In this document: positions 57,070-64,000 of the stretch, in pieces
Numbering within the stretch: the stretch's first letter is position 1
Layout: every line of letters begins with the position of its first letter
Virus record (IMG/VR): IMGVR_UViG_3300011912_000001
Source of the DNA: an uncultured virus (IMG/VR IMGVR_UViG_3300011912_000001)
Lineage: Duplodnaviria > Heunggongvirae > Uroviricota > Caudoviricetes
DNA length: 64,000 nucleotides
Reading direction: 5' to 3' (one strand)
Translations under genes and position numbers: made by a program
Notes under the pieces: generated by a model
The model's database searches: none
The model's input: the letters and a program-made list of their open reading frames with translations, nothing else
What the model was told of the DNA's origin: nothing

Positions 57070-57203
57070 AAACTATCATTCTCCTTTCAAAATGTAACAC
57101 TTATACATGAGAAGAGATACTTCTCTTTCAATCCATGCAAAACATGTACTCAAAGAGAAGTACCTCTTCATCTATTTTACCATTTTTTGAAGGAAGAAAG
57201 TAG

Positions 57204-58310
57204 TTATTTTGAGGATTGTAATAAGGGAAGTGGTGCTTTTTCAACGGACGTAAAGAAGGCAAGGTTCGGTCGTTTGAACCAATAAAAAATGTTAGTCGGT
57301 TGACGTTTAGCGTACGTCGCATTGCTCAATAATTCATTGTATGCTGTACCAGCAGAAAGCATATAATATTCTCGCATCATTCGTAAGAAGCGTGTGTAGA
57401 AAACTTCTTCAGCTCCAGCGCTCGTCGGTGTCAGCTCATTTGGCAGTCGAATATGAGAATCTACAAGTCGAAGAATGCAAGATTGATTCATAGATTCAAA
57501 AGACAAAGGACTTGTCCAGAACTCATTCATCTGAGCTTTCAATTCGTCTGCAATAGTTGCATCAACGTGAGAGCTGACAACATCAGGAACATCCATCATA
57601 TCATACAGATGTGGGCTGATTAATACACAACGTGCACCCACCACTTTGATTTGTGGCATGTCGTACGCAATCATAGGGTTACGCAAATAGTTTTCCATAT
57701 GTCGTTTCGGATGAATTTGTCCTTCATAGACCATATGAAGTGCAGAATCTTCGGTCCATCGGTTTTCAAAGACAGGAGAGCCTAGTGGAAAAAGTTTTGA
57801 GTAGAGATTGTGGATGTTTGTATAGTTGAAATCAGGATTTGAAAAGACTTCAGGATGTTCTTCAAGAATGGGTTTGAAACTATCCATGAAAGAAAAATCA
57901 TAAGCATACGGCATGCTTAGTTGAAGGCTGACATTTTTGTGATAGCTTGAATAATAATGCGTAAAACTTTCAGCTCGCTGGGTTGCGGTATGCATGACAT
58001 GCATTTTTGCGTCGTCAATCGTTTCAACATGGAAGCCAAGAGATTCAAAGAATGGACGCATGAAAGCAGGGAAGCTATCTCCTTTTGTTCGCGCGGCACG
58101 ACTCTCTAGAATGATGGCAAAATGCAATTGGTTCGTAAAGGTTGGTGCTTGTTTTGGAAAGTAATGAAACCGGTAGCGACTAGGATGATTGGGATTTCTT
58201 TTGATGCCATAGTAATAATCATATTGAAAAGGATGCTCATTTGGAAAATCAGCAATCGGTGTCGCAAATTTATAGACGGGACGTCCGGGTTTAAGTCCTT
58301 TAATAATCAT
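57204..58310 (-). CDS. Hypothetical aromatic-rich protein
   Basis: 368 aa, AAGGGAG RBS. Confidence 0.65.
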   Translation of the reverse strand: MIIKGLKPGRPVYKFATPIADFPNEHPFQYDYYYGIKRNPNHPSRYRFHYFPKQAPTFTNQLHFAIILESRAARTKGDSFPAFMRPFFESLGFHVETIDDAKMHVMHTATQRAESFTHYYSSYHKNVSLQLSMPYAYDFSFMDSFKPILEEHPEVFSNPDFNYTNIHNLYSKLFPLGSPVFENRWTEDSALHMVYEGQIHPKRHMENYLRNPMIAYDMPQIKVVGARCVLISPHLYDMMDVPDVVSSHVDATIADELKAQMNEFWTSPLSFESMNQSCILRLVDSHIRLPNELTPTSAGAEEVFYTRFLRMMREYYMLSAGTAYNELLSNATYAKRQPTNIFYWFKRPNLAFFTSVEKAPLPLLQSSK

Positions 58311-58347
58311 GGTATATCTCCCTTCTAAAGCAAACTAAACATAAACA

Positions 58348-58367
58348 GAAGGGGCGTAGCCCCGGCT
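58348..58367 (-). promoter_or_regulatory. AGCCG-hairpin motif
   Basis: Identical to copy 2. Confidence 0.65.
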
Positions 58368-58383
58368 ATTCCCCTTCCTGTCC

Positions 58384-58635
58384 TTAAATTTCAATACTGA
58401 GTTCTTCGTCGTTCTCGATGATTTCTGAGATATTGTTATAGTCCGTGAGAACAACACCCCGGTATTTTAATTCGTCGCGGACGGTTCTATCCGGGATATA
58501 CGTTTCGCCACTTGGTGTCATTTTCCCTGTTTTGACACCATCTTTTAAAGCTTGTTCAGGGTCTTGTACAAATTTCACAGCATCAACTTCAACGTAAGCA
58601 CCAACACGTGCCCACACTTTAACAGTTTTACTCAC
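58384..58635 (-). CDS. Hypothetical protein
   Basis: GTG start after AAGGAGG. Confidence 0.6.
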   Translation of the reverse strand: MSKTVKVWARVGAYVEVDAVKFVQDPEQALKDGVKTGKMTPSGETYIPDRTVRDELKYRGVVLTDYNNISEIIENDEELSIEI

Positions 58636-58688
58636 AGTATTTCCTCCTTTAATAAAAAAAGCCGAAGCACAATGGCTCCGGCAATGAA

Positions 58689-59690
58689 TTATGAGATGAA
58701 GTTTAGGATATCCTCAATCTCTTGTTTGAAATCAAAATCAGCGTCCGTAATCGGTTGAATGTTTTGCGTGACCACATAGTTTTTACCCTTCGTTGAGAAG
58801 AAGTCACTTGTACCGCCTGTTGTTTTCAGTCCAGCTTCAACAACAGGATTGATTTGACGTTCTTCGAACATCGGGTTGACGCCTAAGTTCGAACACGCTT
58901 TGTTGATGTTGTATTCAACGAATGTGATGACTTGGTCTGTGAGCCCGATGCGGTCGTAGATGTCACGCGTGTAGGCACATTCCACCTCATAGACTTCTTT
59001 GAATAAGTCTTCCCGGAATTGGTTTGCTTGGGCCCGGTCTTCAAAGCTCATGCGCGCATAGATTTCTTGGGCTAACATCCCGATGAAGACACCGTGAATC
59101 GATTCATCTTTGAGAATCATCGTAATGATTTCAGAAGATGCCCGCATCTTTCCTTGTCCACCCAAATAGAGAGCGTAGAAGAATCCAGAGTAGAACTGGA
59201 TGTTTTCTAGGGAAACGGATGCGACTAATGCCTTGTACAAATCCAAGTCTGAGACACGAGGCTTGAAGATGTTCATATAGTGTTGGTTGACGAGTGCACC
59301 CTTACGTTGCAAGAGTTCATTCTCTTCAGACCATTTGAAGATTTTATCAATCTCCCCTTTAGAGAGGAGAGATGTGAAGATATACGAATAGGATTTGGCA
59401 TGGATATGTTCCATCATGCCCATCCATGAAAGGACAGCTTTCTTCTGACCGTCTTTGATATGCATGCTGATAAGGGGCATGCCCTCTGCTCCTTGGTTCG
59501 AGTCAAGGAACGTCAGCCCAGCAAAGACTTGCGAAAAGACTTGCTTCTCGTCAGCAGAGAGTTCTTTGTAAGAAAGAACATCCCGGCTCATCGAGAAGGC
59601 GGTTTCCCGCCAGTATTGTTGTTGGTTCTGTTCGAAGAAGACCTTCGTATATTCATCATTGTTCTGGTTCCAGTTAATCGCTTGAATCAT
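58689..59690 (-). CDS. nrdF: Class Ib RNR beta subunit
   Basis: AINWN, GLTFLD, MEHIHAKSY, FYSGF, DESIHG. Confidence 0.95.
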   Translation of the reverse strand: MIQAINWNQNNDEYTKVFFEQNQQQYWRETAFSMSRDVLSYKELSADEKQVFSQVFAGLTFLDSNQGAEGMPLISMHIKDGQKKAVLSWMGMMEHIHAKSYSYIFTSLLSKGEIDKIFKWSEENELLQRKGALVNQHYMNIFKPRVSDLDLYKALVASVSLENIQFYSGFFYALYLGGQGKMRASSEIITMILKDESIHGVFIGMLAQEIYARMSFEDRAQANQFREDLFKEVYEVECAYTRDIYDRIGLTDQVITFVEYNINKACSNLGVNPMFEERQINPVVEAGLKTTGGTSDFFSTKGKNYVVTQNIQPITDADFDFKQEIEDILNFIS

Positions 59691-59711
59691 TTCATTATCC
59701 CCCTTATATCC

Positions 59712-61832
59712 TCAGACAGCGCAACTCACGCACTCAGCGAGCTCGGTTGCTTTATCTTTATGAAGTGCACGTGTGTAGTATAGTGTTTTCATGCCAAGTT
59801 TCCAAGCATAAATGTAATTGCTTGCCAAGTCATTGGTAGCGATGTCGCCTTGTACGAAGAGTGTACAGCTAATCGCTTGGTCAATATGTTCTTGGGCGGC
59901 ACGGACGACGTTGAGCATGGCTTTCATATCCATGTCATACGCTGTCTTATACATCCACATTGTCTGAGGAGATAAGTATGGTGCAGGGTAATGGGTTTTT
60001 GAGTTACCGTATTCCCGTGTCTCGATGATTTCCGTAATCGGCATGACGCCGGGCGTACTGTTCGTGAGGTACGAAATCGAACCTGTCGGAGGTACAGTTA
60101 GACGGTAGCTGTTGTAGAGACCGTAGAGACGGACATCATCTTTGAGTTTCATCCAGTCTTCTTTCATCGGTTGATGCACACCACGCATCACCTGCTGGAT
60201 TTTCTGTGTTTGGGGTAACCAGTGTTTCTCCGTGTACTTATCGAAGTACGTTCCTTTATGGTACTCTGAGCCTTCGAAGTTATAGTAACGTTCGCCTGTT
60301 TCTTTTGCCATCAACATACTCTTCTCTAATGAGTAGTAGTTGAGGGTCATGAAGAAGACACGTGTGAAGTCGATGGACTCACGGGAGCCGTAGACGATAC
60401 CTGATTTCGCAAAGAAACCATGCAGGTTCATGACACCAAGACCGACAGAACGCATCTCACGGTTGCCGTTCATGATGCTAGGAGCGTTTGGAATGTTCAA
60501 GGACTCTGAGACAGAGCTGAGCAGTTCCATCGCCGTGTGCACGACGTTACGCATGTCATTGTATTGCATGACGTTCGCAATGTTGAGTGAACCTAGGTTA
60601 CAGCTAATGTCCATACCGATTTGTGTGTTCGGTCCGTAGTTCCCGTTCTCGTCCATGTCATCGATATAACTGACCGTTTGCGCTTGAAGAATTTCTGAGC
60701 ACAAGTTCGACATTTTGATGCGACTGATTTGTGCGTTCGTATGATTCTTGTTCGCTGTATCAATGAAGAGAAGGTATGGGTAACCAGATTCAAGTTGAAT
60801 CTGAGCAATCTCGTTCAGAAGCTCACGACCAGAGACTGGCATCTTCGCTTTCCGAAGACGAGGGTTAGCGACCATGTCGTAGTAATGTTCCGTCAAATCG
60901 ATTTCTGACATCGTGATGCCATACTCTTTCTCGATATAGTACGGGTCAAACAACCAGATGTCTTCGTCACGCTCTGCTAATTGCATGAAGATATCAGGAA
61001 TGACAAGACCAATGTTTAAAGTAGCAAGACGAAGTTTCTCGTCGGCGTTCTCTTTCTTCGTTGCAAGGAAGTCGATGACATCCATGTGCAAGATAGAAAG
61101 GTAAGCGACGCCTGAACCGGGACGTGTGCCTAATTGATTAATATAAGAGAAGCTTTGCTCAAGTGACTTACAGAAAGGAATAACACCGCTAGCGACGCCT
61201 TCGTGCCCTTTAATAACAGAACCCGATGCACGTAAGTTCGTGACACTGACCCCGACTCCGCCACCTTCTTTAGAAAGTTGACGCGCCGTATTCTCTGTAA
61301 AGTTAATCGAGTTCAAGGAATCTTGGACTTCAATCAAGAAACAAGATGTCATTTGACCGCCACGGACTAGACCAGCATTCATATATGTCGGTGTCGCTGG
61401 TTGGTATTGTTGGGTCATCATGAGATAGACAGCTCGTTTAGCTAAGTCGAAGTTTCCTTTCGCAAGCGCCATCGCCACACGGACGACGTGCTCTTCGTAG
61501 TTCTCTAGATATTGTTTCTTGTCATTTGTTTTGAGTGCATAGTCTTTAAAGAATTTAGAAATCGCCATATACGATTGATACTGAAATTTGAAAGTCTCCG
61601 CATATTCATGTAAAGCTTTAATCTCACGGAAAGAATAATGATTGTAGAAGTTAATGTAGTAATTCTCCTCAATCAAGTAGACATAGCGTTCTGTCAAGGA
61701 AGCAAACACTTTTGTCTTGGGCACTACTTCTTCTTTCTGGAAAGCGTGGATAGCTTGGATATCCTTTTCTAATTGGAAGAATCCATGTTCTCCTCGTTTT
61801 CCTACTTCAGCGTTCAGTTCTAAATGTTTCAT
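59712..61832 (-). CDS. nrdE: Class Ib RNR alpha subunit
   Basis: QPATPT, SCF, SNLCSE, SCNLGS, KTLYY, terminal CVSC. Confidence 0.96.
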   Translation of the reverse strand: MKHLELNAEVGKRGEHGFFQLEKDIQAIHAFQKEEVVPKTKVFASLTERYVYLIEENYYINFYNHYSFREIKALHEYAETFKFQYQSYMAISKFFKDYALKTNDKKQYLENYEEHVVRVAMALAKGNFDLAKRAVYLMMTQQYQPATPTYMNAGLVRGGQMTSCFLIEVQDSLNSINFTENTARQLSKEGGGVGVSVTNLRASGSVIKGHEGVASGVIPFCKSLEQSFSYINQLGTRPGSGVAYLSILHMDVIDFLATKKENADEKLRLATLNIGLVIPDIFMQLAERDEDIWLFDPYYIEKEYGITMSEIDLTEHYYDMVANPRLRKAKMPVSGRELLNEIAQIQLESGYPYLLFIDTANKNHTNAQISRIKMSNLCSEILQAQTVSYIDDMDENGNYGPNTQIGMDISCNLGSLNIANVMQYNDMRNVVHTAMELLSSVSESLNIPNAPSIMNGNREMRSVGLGVMNLHGFFAKSGIVYGSRESIDFTRVFFMTLNYYSLEKSMLMAKETGERYYNFEGSEYHKGTYFDKYTEKHWLPQTQKIQQVMRGVHQPMKEDWMKLKDDVRLYGLYNSYRLTVPPTGSISYLTNSTPGVMPITEIIETREYGNSKTHYPAPYLSPQTMWMYKTAYDMDMKAMLNVVRAAQEHIDQAISCTLFVQGDIATNDLASNYIYAWKLGMKTLYYTRALHKDKATELAECVSCAV

Positions 61833-62190
61833 TCAGTTCTCCTAACCTTTCTGTTATTAAATTGATATCCGAAGGGTTTCCCTCTAATTCGAATTTCTGT
61901 AGAACGGGTACATGGTAACGGACAGAAATGATATCTGCCGCACGTCCGAAGTTATCGCCCCATACACGGTTCCCACCGGAGGCGACGCCAAGTAACTTCG
62001 ACGCATGTTGTTCTAAGAAATGAGAAGTCGCATTAGGCACTTCCCCGAAGTTGATGGTGTAGGTTATCAAAACAAAAGGTTCATGGTCACTGTAGGCTGA
62101 CAATGGTATTGCGGGTATTGCTAATGCCTCAGACAGCTTTTCTGCAAACTTTTTCGTTTTACCTAGCATGGTGTCGTAGACGATTACCAT
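61807..62190 (-). CDS. nrdI: NrdI flavodoxin
   Basis: LITYT.NFGEVP, GGNRVWG, FELEG. Confidence 0.92.
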   Translation of the reverse strand: MVIVYDTMLGKTKKFAEKLSEALAIPAIPLSAYSDHEPFVLITYTINFGEVPNATSHFLEQHASKLLGVASGGNRVWGDNFGRAADIISVRYHVPVLQKFELEGNPSDINLITERLGELNETFRTER

Positions 62191-62716
62191 GACAAACTCA
62201 CCTCACTCCCGAATCAAAATTCGTACCTCTATGTCGAATCTTAACAATCGAAACCTTTTGGAAAGTCAAAAGTCAAGAATGGGGAGGAGAACTTTTTTGT
62301 CAAGTATTTGAAACCGAATACTAGATATTGTACGAAAAAAAAGAACATGCCCCCATCCATAGTAGATGGTACATGCTCCCTGTTATCTCTTTCCAGACTC
62401 ATGTCCGAAGTAAGAGAAGGTTGCGGGTTCAATTTCTTCCTCCTCCCTTCTCTACCAAACTTCGGTCAGGGTTCGTCCACTTGTCATGGAAAAGAATCGT
62501 TAAAGTCGTACCTAAAACACTGGCACCGATAATTAATAAATAGAGGTTAGCGAACACGTTACACCTCCTTTCTTAGCGACCAAGTTGCTCTCTTTCTTTG
62601 CGAATCTCTTCTAAGCGTTCGAGCTCTTCTTTCGTGAACAAGGGCAATGACACTAGCCTCACCTCCTTTCAAAGATAGGATAAAACCCTTCCATTCCATT
62701 TACTCTTTCATGGTTG

Positions 62717-63460
62717 TTACAATGTCGTCTTCGGAGCTAAGGTCTGAATGAGATGACGACGGAACAGATAGACATCCCGTTGTTCTGAAATGCGTTGTGA
62801 GACTTTGTTACCAAAAGCATACGTGAATGCTACCGCTAACGCAATGCTCGTGTAGATATGTTGCTGTTGTTCGAACGTAAAGTCTTGGTATCCTGAGACC
62901 TTTCTTTTTGAAGGGAAAACGATGATATCCGAAGCACAGTTGTCACAAAAACAAGTATGAAGCAAATTGTTATTAACATGACCTTTATTTAATTTTAAAA
63001 GAAGTTCTTTTGAAAAGAATTCTGAATAAGAAAAGGATTCGAGTAGTTGATGGTAATGATTGAGACGGTCGAGAGAGAACGTCGTCGCCGCATGATTGTT
63101 CTTTACATAGGTTAAAGGATGTGTTTCAGAAAGAACAGGGTCGTCTAGAATCGCTTTGTAAAAGTTACGGGCATCCCATTCTATGAACGGGTTAGAAAAT
63201 AACCTTTTGGCTTCCGGCGGAATATAGGGAAAGTGCTTGAAGGTAAATGATTTGTACGTGATAGAAAAGACAGAGCGCGAACTCGTTTGATGATTACAAC
63301 ACGGACAAGAAAACAAGGTCGTGTTTCCGTAATGGTATAAGGGAATCGAGGCGTTCAGAGAATAATTTCCGCTCGAAGCTTCGACATGAAAACGGTGATA
63401 GGTCAGATTATAGAACTGATATAAAGCATTGACTTCTTTGACGAAGTTAGAGACTGACAT
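62717..63460 (-). CDS. Hypothetical zinc-binding protein
   Basis: CPCC and FCDNC; paralog of 63512-63967. Confidence 0.6.
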   Translation of the reverse strand: MSVSNFVKEVNALYQFYNLTYHRFHVEASSGNYSLNASIPLYHYGNTTLFSCPCCNHQTSSRSVFSITYKSFTFKHFPYIPPEAKRLFSNPFIEWDARNFYKAILDDPVLSETHPLTYVKNNHAATTFSLDRLNHYHQLLESFSYSEFFSKELLLKLNKGHVNNNLLHTCFCDNCASDIIVFPSKRKVSGYQDFTFEQQQHIYTSIALAVAFTYAFGNKVSQRISEQRDVYLFRRHLIQTLAPKTTL

Positions 63461-63511
63461 GAAAAAACTCCTTTCTATTTAATAACTACATGATATGGAC
63501 CGTAGGGACGG

Positions 63512-63967
63512 CTATAGTCTTAATTTTGGTCCAACTTCCTGTTGAAGGAAGAAAGAAAGGTTCGGCATCGCCCGTTGAGAGTGATTTCCGAAAGCGACAA
63601 CGAGTGCGACGGATATAGCGGTCATGGTATAGATGTGAGAAAGGTAAGCTCTTTCATGTTCAATGAATTGGTTTTGGTATTTTGGAATACCACCTTCACG
63701 ATTCAAAAGGAGAAGCAACGAATGCGGATTTTCTAAAACTAAAAAGATGTCAGAGAAACAAGATTTGCAGAAGTAAGTGCGAAGCTTTACTCCTTCAAGA
63801 AGTACAGAAGTAGAACTAGGAAAAGTAGCAGAGTGTTTATTGATGTCGCGCAAAGCCGTATCTGTAAAATAAGGAGACTGTTGGAACAGTTTCAAAAGAG
63901 ATTTATAACGCATGAAACGTTCTAAAGAAAACAAGGATTCATTGCGGTTATATTGGATACTGTTCAT
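63512..63967 (-). CDS. Hypothetical protein, possibly extending past the window end
   Basis: FCKSC and HIYT..AFGN shared with the neighbour. Confidence 0.55.
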   Translation of the reverse strand: MNSIQYNRNESLFSLERFMRYKSLLKLFQQSPYFTDTALRDINKHSATFPSSTSVLLEGVKLRTYFCKSCFSDIFLVLENPHSLLLLLNREGGIPKYQNQFIEHERAYLSHIYTMTAISVALVVAFGNHSQRAMPNLSFFLQQEVGPKLRL

Positions 63968-64000
63968 GTGATATTTTCCTGTAATTGAAGAAGGTAAACT

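Noticed and set aside
55137..61832. Introns or inteins in recA, nrdE, nrdF (also thyA)
   Set aside because: Frames are continuous and of normal length
1..64000. Stop-codon reassignment
   Set aside because: Conserved genes are full length in code 11 and no suppressor anticodon was found

Overview
A 64-kb internal segment of a large tailed phage of a Bacillales/Firmicutes host (sigmaA-type promoters, GGAGG ribosome-binding sites, class Ib nrdIEF; the host genus cannot be fixed from sequence). Left to right: end of a probable virion module and a lysis cassette (+); an nrdDG cassette; a replication block (-) with AEP primase, Rad52/Sak-like protein and a DnaB helicase split in its Walker A motif by a 375-nt ORF-less group I intron; a + block (PIN-PhoH, ClpP-like, PD-(D/E)XK nuclease, RuvC-like, sigma factor); and a long - block with Cas4-like nuclease, SNF2, tdk, tmk, dut, UvrD/PcrA, dfr, thyA, recA, ssb and nrdIEF. 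The most unusual part is about 40-50 kb. Besides six ordinary tRNAs it holds about a dozen tRNA-like RNAs with shrunken, closed or greatly expanded anticodon arms. At 46.3-47.6 kb these alternate with seven covarying copies of an H-type pseudoknot with triple-helix potential. The region also has two paralogous DIP1984-like genes, each followed by a noncoding tract of about 7-nt repeats, and twin copies of an unrecognised structured RNA. A covarying AGCCG-plus-hairpin motif recurs 7-9 times upstream of minus-strand transcription units. All family names are by motif recognition and all RNA structures were paired by hand; no searches or folding programs were run.
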